A DNA stretch of 64,000 nucleotides from Pristiophorus japonicus. Lineage: Eukaryota. The translations under genes were made by a program, and so were the position numbers. This document shows positions 1 to 13,826 of the stretch, in pieces (position 1 is the stretch's first letter; every line of letters starts with the position of its first letter). Location of the stretch: assembly GCF_044704955.1 (NCBI RefSeq), contig NC_091990.1, positions 176,824,001 to 176,888,000 on the forward strand. Reading direction: 5' to 3'. The notes below the pieces were generated by a model that was given only the letters and a program-made list of their open reading frames with translations, did no database searches and had not been told where the DNA came from.

Positions 1-3000
1 TCAGGGGTGAAAGTGCAGATCCATTTGGTTCCCGGTACACGACCCATCCGCCACAAGGCACGGGCGGTACCGTACATGATGCGTGAGAAAGTGGAAATTG
101 AGCTGGACAGGCTGCAGCGAGACGGCATCATCGCGCCGGTGGAATTCAACAAGTGATCCAGTCCAATTGCCCCGGTACTTAAAGAGGACGGCACGGTTAG
201 AATTTGTGGGGACTATCAAGTAACGATTAACCCTTTTTCACTACAGGACCAGTACCCGTTACCCAAGGCAGACGACCTATTTGCGACCCTGGCTGGAGGG
301 AAGACGTTCACCAAGCTGGACCTGACCTCGGCCTACATGACGCAGGAGCTGGAGGAGTCTTCGAAAGGCCTCACCTGCATCAACACACACAAAGGTCTGT
401 TCATCTATAACCGGTGCCCGTTCGGGATTTGGTCGGCCGCGGCAATCTTCCAACGGAACACGGAGAGCCTGCTAAAGTTAGTTCCTCGCACCGTGGTTTT
501 CCAGGACGACATACTGGTTACAGGTCGGGACACCATTGAGCACTTGAAGAATCTGGAAGAGGTTCTTAGTTGGTTGGATTGAGTGGGGCTCAGGTTGAAA
601 CGCTCGAAGTGTGTTTTCCTGGCGCAAGAGGTCGAGTTCTTGGAAAGAAGAATCGCGGCAGACGGCATCAGACCCACCGACGCCAAGACGGAGGCCATCA
701 AGAATGCGCCGAGACCATAGAACGTGACGGAGCTGCGGTCGTTCCTGGGACTCCTTAACTATTTTGGTCATTTCCTACCTGCTAGAACCCCTACATGCGC
801 TACTGCGCAAGGGAGACGACTGGGTGTGAGGGAATTCACAAGAGGCTGCCTTTAAGAAAGCCAGAAATCTGTTGTGTTCAAACAAACTGCTTGTCCTGTA
901 TAACCCTTGTAAAAGATTACTGCTAGCTTGTGATGCATCATCATATGGGGTCGGGTGTGTGTTACAACAGGCTAACGAATCGAGGATCTTGCAATCGGTC
1001 GCTTATGCGTCCAGGAGTTTGTCCAAGGCCGAAAGGGCCCAAAGCATGATTGAAAAAAAGGCTCTGGTGTGTGTTTATGGGGTAAAAAAAAAGCCTACCA
1101 GTACTTATTTGGCCTCAAGTTTGAGCTTGAAACTAACCACAAGCCATTCATATCATTGTTCTCTGAAAGCAAAGGGATTAACACCAATGCCTCTGCCCGC
1201 ATCCAAAGATGGGCGCTCACGCTGTCGGCATACAACTAATCCGTCACAGAACGGGAACAGAGAACTGCGCAGAAGCTCTCAGTCGGCTGCCATTGCCCAC
1301 CACCAGGGTGGAAATGGCACAGCCAGCTCATGGTCATGGAGGCATTCGAGAATGAAAAGTCCCCTGTTTCAGCCCGCCAGATCAGGACCTGGACCTGCCA
1401 GGATCCTTTACTGTCCTTGGTAAAAAACTGTGTCCTCCATGGGAGCTAGTCTAGTGTCCCAGCGTGGTCTCGCCCAAGAAAGGCAGAGATATGTTTATAT
1501 GTGAACTGCACAGCACCCACCCAGGCATTGTAATGATGAAAGGCATAGCCAGATCAAATGAGTGGTGGCTCGGCATTGACTCAGATTTAGAGTCACGCTT
1601 GCACCAGTGCAATACTTGCTCTCAGCTGAGCAATGCACCCAGAGAGGCACCGCTACATTTGTGGTTGTGGCCCTCCAAACCGTGGTCGAGGATCCATGTG
1701 GACTATGCGGGTCCATTTCTAGGCAAAATGTTTTTGGTTGTCATGGATGCTTACTCAAAATGGATTGAATGTGTGATAATGTCTGTAAGCACGTCCACTA
1801 TTGAAAGACTACGAGCCATGTTTGCCACGCACGGCTTGCCTGATGTCCTAGTCAGCGACAATGGGCCATGCTTCACCAGAGAAACATAGAAAATAGATGC
1901 AGGAGTAGGCTATCCGGCCATTCGAGCCTGCACCGCCATTCAGTAAGATCATGGCTGATCATTCCTTCAGTACCCCGTTCCTGCTTTCTCTCCATACCCC
2001 TTGATCCCTTTAGCCGCAAGGGCCATATCTAACTCCCTCTTGAATATATCCAATGAACTGGCATCAACAACTCTCTGCGGCAGGGGATTCCACAAGTTAA
2101 CAAGTTCTCTGAGTGAAGAAGTTTCTCCTCATCTCAGTCCTAAATGGCCTGCCCCTTATCCTAAGGCTGTGTCTCTTGGTTCTGGACTGCCCCAACATCG
2201 GGAACATTCTTCCCGCATCTAACCTGTCCAGTCCAGTCAGAATCTTATATGTTTCTATGAGATCCTCTCTCATCCTTCTAAACTCCAGTGTATAAAGGCC
2301 CAGTTGATCCAGTCTCTCCTCATATGTCAGTCCCACCATCCCTGGAATCAGTCTGGTGAACCTACGCTGCACTCCCTCAATGGCAAGAACATCCTTCCTC
2401 AGATTAGGAGACCAAAACTGAACACAATATTCCAGGTGAGGCCTCATTAAGGCCGTGTACAACTGCAGTAAGACCTCCCTGCTCCTATATTCAAATCCCC
2501 TAGCTATGAAGGCCAACATACCATTTGCCTTCTTCACCGCCTGCTGTACCTGCATGCCAACCTTCAATGACTGATGAACCATGACTCCCAGGACTCGCTG
2601 CATCTCCCCCTTTCCTAATCTGCCGCCATTCAGATAATATTCTGCCCTCATGTTTTTGCCCCCAAAGTGGATAACCTCACATTTATCCACATTATACTGC
2701 ATCTGCCATGCATTTGCCCATTCGCCTAACTTGTCCAAATCACCCTGCAGTCTCTTGGCATCCTCCACACAGCTCACACCACCACTCAGTTTAGTGTCAT
2801 CTGCAAACTTGGAGATATTACACTCAATTCCATCATCTAAATCATTAATATATATTGTAAAGAGCTGGGGTCCCAGCACTGAGCCCTGCGGCACTCCACT
2901 AGTCACTGCCTGCCATTCTGAAAAGGACCAGTTTATCCCGACTCTCTGCTTCCTGTCTGCCAACGAGTTCTCTATCCACGTCAGTACATTACCCCCAATA

Positions 3001-4614
3001 CCATGTGCTTTGATTTTGCACACCAATCTCTTGTGGGACCTTGTCAAAAGCCTTTTAAAAGTCCAAATACATCACATCCACTGGTTCTCCCCTGTCCACT
3101 CTACTAGTTACATCCTCAAAAAATTCCAGAAGATTTGTCAAGCATGATTTCCCCTTCATAAATCCATGCTGACTTGGACCAATCCTGTCACTGCTTTCCA
3201 AATGCGCTGCTATTTCATCCTTAATGATTGATTCCAACATTTTCCCCACTACTGATGTCAGGCTATAATTACCCGTTTTCTCTGTCCCTCCTTTTTTAAA
3301 AACTGGTGTTACATTAGCTACCCTCCAGTCCATAGGAACTGATCCAGAGTCGATAGAGTGTTGGAAAATTACCACCAATGCATTTCTAGGGGCACTTCCT
3401 TAAGTACTCTGGGATGTAGACTATCAGGCCCTGGGGATTTATCGGCCTTCAATCCCGTCAATTTCCCTAACACAATTTCCCACCGAATAAGGATATCCTT
3501 CAGTTCCTCCTTCTCACTAGACCTTCGGTCCCCTAGTACATCCGGAAGGTTATTTGTGTCTTCCTTTGTGAAGACAGAACCAAAGTACTTGTTCAATTGG
3601 TCTGCCATTGCTTTGTTCCCCATTATAAATTCACCCGAATCCGACTGCAAGGGACCTACGTTTGTCTTCACTAATCTTCACCAGTGCTGAATTCAAGGAA
3701 TTCATGACCTGCAATGGGATCAAACATGTCACATCTGCCCTGTTCAAGCCCGCATCCAACGGCCAGGCAGAACGGGCAGTTCAGACCATCAACCAAAGCT
3801 TGAAACGTGGGACGGAAGGCTCCCGAGTGCTGCTCAGCTACCGCACCAGACCCCACTCACTCACCGGGCTGCTCATGAAAAGGGCGCTAAAAACAAGGCT
3901 CTCTCTTGTCCACCCTGATCTCCATGGAGAGCAAGCGGCATCAACAAAGTGTGTAACATGTCTGTGCAAATTTGTCACGTGATATTGAGATCAATGATCC
4001 TGTGTTTGTGCTCAATTACGGACATGATCCCAAATGGCTCGCTGGCATGGTCACAGCCAAAGAGGGGAGTAAGATGTTTCAGATCAAACTGGCCAATGGA
4101 CAAACGTACGGAAAACATTTGGACCAAATCAAATTGCGGTTCACCAACAGCTACGAACAACCCGAAAAGATATCACTAACTCTGGCCCTCCAACACACAC
4201 ACAAGTGGCAACTGACATCATGGTTGACCACGAAGCCGAACTCACCAACCCCAGCAAGGCCGGCTGCCCAACAGCCCAGTGAAGAACTGACCAACCCATC
4301 CACACCCGCATTTGTACCGAGACGATCGACAAGGGAGCGAAAAGCCCTAGATCGTCTCACCTTGTAAATAAATGTACTGTTGACTTCACGGGGGAGTGAT
4401 GTTATGTATTTAACCCCTTGTAACCTGTATTACACTACCACCAGAGGGCCCAGATGTTGGAGTCCTAAGGGATCCCAGCATCCCTTGGGAGCACGGTATA
4501 TAAGCAGGCCACCTACGAGGTACCTACACTCTGGAGTCTAATTAAAGGAGCTAAGGTCACACTTGCTCATTGTACACAGTACTCAGTTTCATCCTTTATT
4601 ATGAGTGTACCACA
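1..4614 (+). mobile_element. Ty3/Gypsy LTR retrotransposon, degenerate, 5' part outside the window
   Basis: RT (FQDD), RNase H (LACDASSYG) and integrase (HPG..C..C, DYAGP, SDNG) with stops and frameshifts; PPT at 4390-4396; 3' LTR about 4400-4614 (TG..CA, TATA, ATTAAA). Confidence 0.9.
1880..3675 (-). mobile_element. CR1 LINE, 5'-truncated, inserted in the Gypsy integrase
   Basis: RT with PQGSVLGP and FADD; TTTCTATG-type tail at the left; flanking direct repeat CTTCACCAG at 1871-1879 and 3676-3684; integrase reads across (GPCFTS|AEFKEF). Confidence 0.92.
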
Positions 4615-5276
4615 TGCATGGTTTGGAGAGGGCGGTATTAAGAGCAGTGACGTCCAAAATTACGGATCGTACGTCAATTCAGGTGTTGCACCCAGACTGA
4701 TGTCACGATATGGATCATCTAAATATCTAGAGTGAGCGCAGGCAACAGCAGCACTGTGGGCCTGCCCAAGATGGCGGCTGCTGCGTTCCGTGCTGAAAGC
4801 GGGCGGCCGCCATTCTTTCTTCCAATCTGGCCTAAATGGCTGACTCTAATTTTGAGTCCATTATTTTTTTTTAAAAAGTTGAATCAAGGACCAAATGCTG
4901 GAAATTCAGCCCACTGATATAGTGAGGTAAGAAAAAAGGTTCAGAACTTTTAATTTAGCTCTTAGAAATGTAATTACTTTAAAAGATGCATTTAATTTGC
5001 AATTATATTTTTTCAGTGAATATAAACCATATATCCATCCTTTTCGTAACTTCAGTTGAAGTTGTCTTGCACCATTTGTCCAATTCAAATTTTCTCAGAG
5101 CTATTTATTGCGAAATGTGCCCTGCCCCACACCCCCATGTCCAGCATCAAGCAGAATCCTGCCAGATTATTTCTGTGTGACCTAGTAAAGTGCAGCAAAA
5201 TAATCCCAAACATTTAAATATAAAAGTGGAATTTTTCAAACTGGAGGAAGGGGAGAAGGATCAGGGTGAAACATAC

Positions 5277-5588
5277 CTGGAAGTGGTAACATTGCCTTTT
5301 TTACAATTGGTTTCTTTAATTTAGCATGATTCACATGGAAGGAAAATTCTTGAAATAAATCTCGTGCAGTTGGTATTAGTTGCAAGCGGGAAGACAGCCG
5401 ATAACATCCATTTTCCTCCCTCTTGGGTTCTCCATGTTTGATTCCTTTGAATATCATTTCTCCTTTTTGCATCCAAGTTGCACTGATTTCTTTGGGGGAA
5501 AAGTTACTGATATTGCAGATAAGAGTAAGATCTGTGCCATACATAGGATCTGGTGGGTCACATTTGATGTCTTCAACAGATGGAATTC
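5277..5588 (-). CDS. exon 9, fifth post-TM C1 domain (gene continues beyond the window)
   Basis: aaacag|GA ATT acceptor and CCA G|GTATGT donor; 312 nt. GIPSVEDIKC..LICNISNFSP..W..FSFHVNH has Phe at the F-strand Cys position. No stop before the donor. Confidence 0.85.
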
Positions 5589-6860
5589 CTGTTTAAATTG
5601 CATGAAACCACAGTTGATCACAATATTGAATAACCTTCATGCTTAAAGATCAAAAAGGGAGGTTAAAAAGAACTGTCTCTTTCTCCTCCCCCAAATGATG
5701 GATATTTAAGAAGACAGCATCCATCAAATCTATCATTGTGCAAATTAGACTTTGGGGGTGAATATTAACTCCAAAACACAGGTGAGTTAGGGTCGGGTGG
5801 CAGGTTAAAGCATTAAAAACCTGGATCTCAGACTCCAGCCCACCTCCACCCCACCCACTTCCAGTTTTAATGGAGGCAGGATGGGAGGTGAGCAGCCAAC
5901 TAGCTCCCAGGGTTGGCACTTTAAATATTATAAATGAGGCTAGCAGCCTCAGATTTAATCTGCTGTGCTGGTTTAACTGTGGCAGTCGCGGTTCCCGGGC
6001 CTCGGGATTTCCGGCAACTGCAAAGAGGCAAGGACTGCCTTAGGGAGAAATCCTTGTGGGCCGGAAGGAGTAGGGAGTGCTTCCTCCTGGCCCAAATTCC
6101 CCCAGCATCAGTCCCCCTGCACCTCCCCAACCCCACCATATAACTCCCAGGTCGGAGGTCGGATTTCCACCCCACCCCCCCCGTTCCACCTCAGATTGTA
6201 CTCCACCTCCTGGAGTCAGGGATCGGACACCTCGCAACCACCCCCACACCCCGGCCCACCACCTCGGGGTCAGAGCTCACACCTACCTGTGGTTCAACAT
6301 CTTCTCCAGCATTCCTCATCTGACTGGAAACCAGCCTGTCAAACGGACTAACCACCGGGCGGCGAACCTGTTTGTGACATTCCACGCACGCTTTGGAGTT
6401 AAACCTCCACAGTTTATGGGGAAACCTGGAGTTCCGGGTTTCCAGCGCTCTACCAGCACTCACCACCATCCCCCTCCCTGCTCCCAGCGGGTCCAAACGT
6501 AAAAATTCCCGTCTTAGTTTCAAAGAAAGTGATAACATTTTTAAAAACTCTTTACCTTACAAAACATTTTGCTGCTGATTTAATAATTACAGCTATGTTG
6601 GGATGCCACCAACTTAGGACCAATGGAGCTACTGAGAGGAACTCTGGAGTCACAGGCAAACAAGAAATGCAAGTGGCACTGTTGCTGAAGATATTGTGGA
6701 TCACCAAAAGAGGTAGTTAAAGCTTGGGCCTCCAATGGCAAAGCGATTATCATTTTCAACGTAAACACAAACCAGCTTCCTGCAGGAGGCAGCCAAGTTG
6801 CGGGCCACTAGCAGAGATTGATGTTTGAAGGTCTTGTGGTCACCATGTTTATAAAAGACT

Positions 6861-7715
6861 TCACGAGGATACAGACAGTCTGTTGAAATGGGTGGACATG
6901 TGGCAGATGATATTTAACGCAGAAAAGTGCAAAGTGATGCATTTTGGTAGGAAGAATGAGGAGTGACAATATAAACTGAAGGGTACAATTCTAAAGGGAG
7001 TGCATGAACAGAGAGACCTGGGGCATATGTGCAAAAATCGTTGAAGGTGGCAGGGCAGGTTGAGAAAGCGGTTAAAGAAAAGCATATGGGACCCTGAGCT
7101 TCATAAATAGAGGCGTAGGGTACAAAAGCAAGCAAGTTATGAAGAATCTTTCTTAAACACTGGTTCGGCCACAACTGGAGTATTGTGTCCAATTCTGGGC
7201 ACCGCACTTTACGAAGGATGTGAAGACCTTAGAGAGGGTGTAGAAAAGATTTACAAGAATTTACCAGGGATGAGGGACTTATGTGGATAGACTGGAGAAG
7301 CTGGAGTTGTTCTCCTTAGAGCAGAGAAGATTGAGAGGAGATTTGATACAGGTGTTTAAAATCATGAGGGGTCTAGACAGAGTAGATAGAGAGAAACTGT
7401 TCCCATTGGCTGAAGGGTCAAAAACCAGAGGACACAGATTTAAGGTGATTGGCAGAAGAACCAAAGGCGACATGAGGAAAAACATTTTTACGTAGCAAAT
7501 GATTTGGATCTGGAATCCCTACTGAAAGGTGGTGGAGGCAGATTCAATCGTGGCTTTCAAAAGGGAATTGGATAAGTACCCGAAGGAAAAAAAATTGCAG
7601 GGCTACGGGGAAAGAGCAGGTGAGTGGGACAAGCTGAAGGGCTCTTGGAGAGCTGGCATGGGCTCGATGGGACGAATGTCTCCTTCTGTGTTGTAACCAT
7701 TCGATGATTCTATGG
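6861..7715 (+). mobile_element. old CR1 3' fragment
   Basis: Degenerate RT C-terminus (LFSLEQRRLRGDLI) and ATTCTATG-type tail. Confidence 0.8.
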
Positions 7716-7913
7716 TTTATCCTCAACGATCACCAATATGCTATTAGTCTCGTCCTATGATATTTGTCTTATCTGACTACGAGCCTCTATTAATATAAAC
7801 AATGCCAATTTAATTAATTTGAAACAATCAAATTTGTCCATTTACAAAATAATCTTTTCAACATTCCATAATTGGGACTATGAAGTTGCACTTCTTGTTG
7901 AAACAATATTTAC

Positions 7914-8234
7914 CTTTCATCTTCAAAAGATAACTGGATGAGACAGGCTTGTTTGAAGTTTCAGAATGAAGGATTTGCATTTTGAACTCATTTCCATTGT
8001 CCTCATCAGTTGGTTTGAATGTTCTTTTGGAGGTTACAGAGAACAAACCAGTGACTTCATCCAATTTACTTCCTTCTGTTTCAACTCCATCATTAGTTTT
8101 CTCAAATGCTTTGAACCAGAATATTTGATGGTCTGATGGAAAGAAGCCATATGCTTTGCAGGAAAGTGTGACACGTTGTCCCACCTCTGGGTAAAGCGGA
8201 TCTGATTTAATTGCTTCTACCTTTGGCATCGACA
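7914..8234 (-). CDS. exon 8, fourth post-TM C1 domain
   Basis: ctacag|TG TCG acceptor and AAA G|GTAAAT donor; 321 nt. LSCKAYGFFP..WFK..FKMQILH has Met at the F-strand Cys position. Confidence 0.85.
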
Positions 8235-8699
8235 CTGTAGTCATACAAAAGAAACAGTGTTAAAGAGATTGTGTAACAGAGAACATCACAAGTTAAAAAA
8301 GTCTAGTAGGCCTTGATAAATTTTAAACTTTGATTTATTGAATGACTATCCTTTTTCTCTGTCCCTCTTTCTTCCCCCCCACACTGTAATACAGTGCCAC
8401 TTTGCAACAATGGTAATTTGACAGTGACATTTCACTTTGCTAATCCATGGGGGCCGAGGCATACTGTAGCACACCAGCTAGCTGATTCCACTTCTGCAAC
8501 AGAAATAAGATCAGCTAACTCAGGGATCAAACTTGCAACCTTATAGTTCTCTCTGGCTCAGGCCCAAATCTGACGGTGCATTTTCCCAATGAGCTAATAG
8601 GGAGCTTCAAACAATCCTAACCGACTCTATTCAGCTTGGTTCAGCAGTACCGCTCCTGCCACTGGAGGTGGTCTAGGTTCTAGCGGCATTCTAGGACCT

Positions 8700-9037
8700 G
8701 AGGAAATAATTTATGCCGACAGGTCAGTACAATGCTGAAAGAGCAGTGCAGTACTGAAAGAGGTAGACACAAAAGATCTCATGGCACTTTTCCAATGAGC
8801 AAGGACTTCGCCTGATGTCCTGGACAACATTTCGACCTCAAATAAAATCACCAAAAAAAGATTAACTGTTCAGTCATCACATTGCTGCTTGTGGGACCAT
8901 ATCGTGCAGAAATTGCCTACCATGTTTGCCTACAAAACAACAAAGATTACACTTCAAAAGTAATTAATTAGCAATCAAATGTTTATGGACTTAAATTGGA
9001 CAAGAAAGGCACTGTATAAATGCAAGATTTTTCTTTC
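8700..9037 (+). mobile_element. Deu-domain SINE remnant (SacSINE1/AmnSINE-like)
   Basis: Recalled Deu-core-like segments (gatctcatggcact..tgtcctggacaacatt..tcacattgctgcttgtggga) and an L2-like tail (tataaatgcaagatttttctttc). Boundaries approximate. Confidence 0.5.
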
Positions 9038-9444
9038 ATGGCATTGTTCTTAGTTATCCTGTGCTTTTATTTCATTTATTGATCTTCTTGGAGTATTTTT
9101 CACAGACTGCAAAAAGATCAACTCGGATTTTCTCATTTTGCTAAAATATCGAAAAAACAAAAAAGTTAACTTTATTTTGTAGGTGACAGCAAGATTTCGA
9201 TTTAATTTATTTTGGTTCCTTTATTCCCGTTGTCTCCAATCGGATCACTCCAGGTAATGGGCCGTCACTAACAGACCTTTGCCAATGCTGAAATCGCCCA
9301 GTAGAATTGGTAGTCACCAACTTAAATCTGTATATTAGTTTCAGTTTATTAATATTTCCCAATTAACAAATCATTACAGTTTATGCATTGTTAAAATCAA
9401 ACCAGAATATTAGTCGATTATGCCCCAGATTTTGCTGTCAAAAT

Positions 9445-9770
9445 ATCATCATCATCATAGGCGGTCCCTCGAACAAGGAGGACTTCCTTCCACGAGAGTT
9501 CAGATGTTTCAATGAAGGACCCGATGTTCCAGTCCTGAACTCCAGTTGAGGGGGTGGAAGATGCCTGTGCGTGGATTTTTTTAATGTGTGGTGACCGTTG
9601 CACATCAGCCACCACACGGGCTTGACAGAGCTAGGCCATTATCCAGTGGCAAGGATTAACCAGGACGACTGGAGACCTGCTCTGTTGCACGGACCTAGTG
9701 CACACACATATCGCAGTGTGGGCTGGCCCGTGCTGCCCCTGGGTCCTCGGCTCTTCTGGGCCCCGTACCA
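9445..9770 (-). repeat. interspersed repeat with a (CAT)n end, probably a retroposon 3' end
   Basis: Homologous copies at about 26425-26690 and 47785-48102 share ggaagatgcctgtgcgtggattttttt..ggacctagtgcgcacacatatcgcagtgtgggctggcc. Orientation inferred from the tail. Confidence 0.65.
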
Positions 9771-10140
9771 TCATTCGCTGCACCTCCACCACGATGTCAA
9801 AATAACAATGAAGCTAATGATGCTCACTATTATTTATGTACAGCAACTTTAGGCGAGGGGTAGAGGAGTGGTTAAACTCAAATATCCAAAAGTTGCTGTC
9901 TTGAGTTGCCTTTAGATTTGTGAAAACGGCATCTCGTCATTTGCTCACCACTGAATGACATGAAGTTGCAGTATTTGCGCAGTAGATCCGAACTAAACCC
10001 GCCACAGAAAGTTAGGTCTGGTCTGAAGTGACGCAAGGAACCCGTCTTGGAGCCATTTAAGTTCCGTGCAAATTTAATTCAGACAAAGGGAGCTTTTTAA
10101 GCTGTCTGAGATGCTTTTAGCAATGTATTAATTATGACCA

Positions 10141-10690
10141 GTTTTGGTCTCCTAACTTGAGGAAGGACATTCTTGCTATTGAGGGAGTGCAGCGAAGGTT
10201 CACCAGACTGATTCCTGGGATGGCGGGACTGACATATCAAGAAAGACTGGATCAACTGGGCTTGTATTCACTGGAGTTCAGAAGAATGAGAGGAGATCTC
10301 ATAGAAACGTTTAAAGTTCTGATGGGTTTAGACAGGTTAGATGCAGGAAGAATGATCCCAATGTTGGGGAAGTCCAGAACCAGGGGTCACAGTCTAAGGA
10401 TAAGGGGTAAGCCATTTAGGACCGAGATGAGGAGAAACTTCTTCACCCAGAGAGTGGTGAACCTGTGGAATTCTCTACCACAGAAAGTTGTTGAGGCCAA
10501 TTCACTAAATATATTCAAAAGGGAGTTAGATGTAGTCCTTATTACTTGGGGGATCAAGGGGTATGGCGAGAAAGCAGGAATGGGGTACTGAAGTTGCATG
10601 TTCAGCCATGAACTCATTGAATGGTGGTGCAGGCTAGAAGGGCCGAATGGCCTACTCCTGCACCTATTTTCTATGTTTCTATGTTTCTAT
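10141..10690 (+). mobile_element. young CR1 3' fragment
   Basis: Closely similar to 13277-13825; (TTTCTATG)n tail; flanking TATGACCA at 10133-10140 and 10688-10695. Confidence 0.9.
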
Positions 10691-10857
10691 GACCAATCTA
10701 CCTCTCTGGCACTGAAAAATTATTACAAATGTGGAGTCTCATTCCTTCAGATATTAATTATTGGAAATTTTAAAAATGTAAAATGTGATTTTTTTTTTAA
10801 ACTTGTCTCTTTTTTCTCTCTTAATCCAAACTTTCTTGCCCTCTCTTTCTGTACCTG

Positions 10858-13826
10858 TACAAAAAGGGCCATTGTACAGCAAAATTCTAAAAGGACAGAG
10901 GGTGTTAAAAAAACAAGCCTAAAGGCTTTGTGTCTTAATGCAAGGAGTATCCGCAATAAGGTGGATGAATTAACTGTGCAAATAGATGTTAACAAATATG
11001 ATGTGATTGGGATTACGGAGACGTGGCTCCAGGATGAGCAGGGCTGGGAACTCAACATCCAGGGGTATTCAACATTCAGGAAGGATAGAATAAAAGGAAA
11101 AGGAGGTGGGGTAGCATTGCTGGTTAAGGAGGAGATTAAGGCAATAGTTAGGAAGGACATTAGCTTGGATGATGTGGAATCTATATGGGTAGAGCTGCAG
11201 AACACCAAAGGGCAAAAAACGTTAGTGGGAGTTGTGTACAGACCTCCAAACAGTAGTAGTGATGTTGGGGAGGGCATCAAACAGGAAATTAGGGGTGCGT
11301 GCAATAAAGGTGCAGCAGTTATAATGGGTGACTTTAATATGCACATAGATTGGGCTAACCAAACTGGAAGCAATACGGTGGAGGAGGATTTTCTGGAGTG
11401 CATAAGGGATGGTTTTTTAGACCAATATGTCGAGGAACCAACTAGGGGGGAGGCCATCTTAGACTGGGTGTTATGTAATGAGAAAGGATTAATTAGCAAT
11501 CTCGTTGTGCGAGGCCCCTTGGGGAAGAGTGACCATAATATGGTGGAATTCTGCATTAGGATGGAGAATGAAACAGTTAATTCAGAGACCATGGTCCAGA
11601 ACTTAAAGAAGGCTAACTTTGAAGGTATGAGGCGTGAATTGGCTGAGATGGATTGGCGAATGATACTTAAGGGGTTGACTGTGGATGGGCAATGGCAGAC
11701 ATTTAGAGACCGCATGGATGAACTACAACAATTGTACATTCCTGTCTGGCATAGAAATAAAAAAGGGAAGGTGGCTCAACCGTGGCTATCAAGGGAAATC
11801 AGGGATAGTATTAAAGCCAAGGAAGTGGCATACAAATTGGCCAGAAATAGCAGCGAACCTGGGGACTGGGAGAAATTTAGAACTCAGCAGAGGAGGACAA
11901 AGGGTTTGATTAGGGCAGGGAAAATGGAGTATGAGAAGAAGCTTGCAGGGAACATTAAGACGGATTGCAAAAGTTTCTATAGATATGTAAAGAGAAAAAG
12001 GTTAGTAAAGACAAACGTAGGTCCCCTGCAGTCAGAATCAGGGGAAGTCATAACGGGGAACAAAGAAATGGCGGACCAATTGAACAAGTACTTTGGTTCG
12101 GTATTCACGAAGGAGGACACGAACAACCTTCCGGTTATAAAAGGGGTCGGGGGGTCTAGTAAGGAGGAGGAACTGAGGGAAATCCTTATTAGCCGGGAAA
12201 TTGTGTTGGGGAAATTGATGGGATTGAAGGCCGATAAATCCCCAGGGCCTGATGGACTGCATCCCAGAGTACTTAAGGAGGTGGCCTTGGAAATAGTGGA
12301 TGCGTTGACAGTCATTTTCCAACATTCCATTGACTCTGGATCAGTTCCTATGGAGTGGAGGGTAGCCAATGTAACCCCACTTTTTAAAAAAGGAGGGAGA
12401 GAGGTAACAGGGAATTATAGACCGGTCAGCCTGACATCGGTAGTGGGTAAAATGATGGAATCAATTATTAAGGATGTCATAGCAGTGCATTTGGAAAGAG
12501 GTGACATGATAGGTCCAAGTCAGCATGGATTTGTGAAAGGGAAATCATGCTTGACAAATCTTCTGGAATTTTTTGAGGATGTTTCCAGTAGAGTGGATAA
12601 GGGAGAACCAGTTGATGTGGTATATTTGGACTTTCAGAAGGCGTTCGACAAGGTCCCACACAAGAGATTGATGTGCAAAGTTAGAGCACATGGGATTGGG
12701 GGTAGTGTACTGACATGGATTGAGAACTGGTTGTCAGACAGGAAGCAAAGAGTAGGAGTAAATGGGTACTTTTCAGAATGGCAGGCAGTGACTAGTGGGG
12801 TACCGCAGGGTTCTGTGCTGGGGCCCCAGCTGTTTACACTGTACATTAATGATTTAGATGAGGGGATTGAGTGTAGTATCTCCAAGTTTGCGGATGACAC
12901 TAAGTTGGGTGGCAGTGTGAGCTGCGAGGAGGATGCTGTGAGGCTGCAGAGCGACTTGGATAGGTTAGGTGAGTGGGCAAATGCATGGCAGATGAAGTAT
13001 AATGTGGATAAATGTGAGGTTATCCACTTTGGTGGTAAAAACAGAGAGACAGACTATTATCTGAATGGTGACAGATTAGGAAAAGGGGAGGTGCAAAGAG
13101 ACCTGGGTGTCATGGTACATCAGTCATTGAAGGTTGGCATGCAGGTGCAGCAGGCGGTTAAGAAAGCAAATGGCATGTTGGCCTTCATAGCAAGGGGATT
13201 TGAGTACAGGGGCAGGGAGGTGTTGCTACAGTTGTACAGGGCATTGGTGAGGCCACACCTGGAGTATTGTGTACAGTTTTGGTCTCCTAACCTGAGGAAG
13301 GACATTCTTGCTATTGAGGGAGTGCAGCGAAGGTTCACCAGACTGATTCCCGGGATGGCGGGACTGACCTATCAAGAAAGACTGGATCAACTGGGCTTGT
13401 ATTCACTGGAGTTCAGAAGAATGAGAGGGGACCTCATAGAAACATATAAAATTCTGACGGGGTTAGACAGGTTAGATGCAGGAAGAATGTTCCCAATGTT
13501 GGGGAAGTCCAGAACCAGGGGTCACAGTCTAAGGATAAGGGGTAAGCCATTTAGGACCGAGATGCGGAGGAACTTCTTCACCCAGAGAGTGGTGAACCTG
13601 TGGAATTCTCTACCACAGAAAGTTGTTGAGGCCAATTCACTAAATATATTCAAAAAGGAGTTAGATGAGGTCCTTACTGCTAGGGGGATCAAGGGGTATG
13701 GCGAGAAAGCAGGAATGGGGTACTGAAGTTGAATGTTCAGCCATGAACTCATTGAATGGCGGTGCAGGCTAGAAGGGCCGAATGGCCTACTCCTGCACCT
13801 ATTTTCTATGTTTCTATGTTTCTATG
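10858..13826 (+). mobile_element. CR1 LINE with uninterrupted ORF2 (APE endonuclease + RT), no ORF1
   Basis: Open frame to the stop at 13726: NARS, ITETW, YRPP, GDFN, SDH endonuclease motifs, then PGPDG, QGSVLGP, FADD; (TTTCTATG)3 tail. Confidence 0.95.

Noticed and set aside
2113-3690. Antisense ORFs over CR1 copies (here and at other CR1s)
   Set aside because: Shadow frames of the LINE RT that recur in each copy and have no independent motifs.
10598-10857. N-terminal extension of the 1042-aa ORF as a novel fusion protein
   Set aside because: It is chance read-through from the upstream CR1 3'UTR and an AT-rich spacer; homology starts at the endonuclease.
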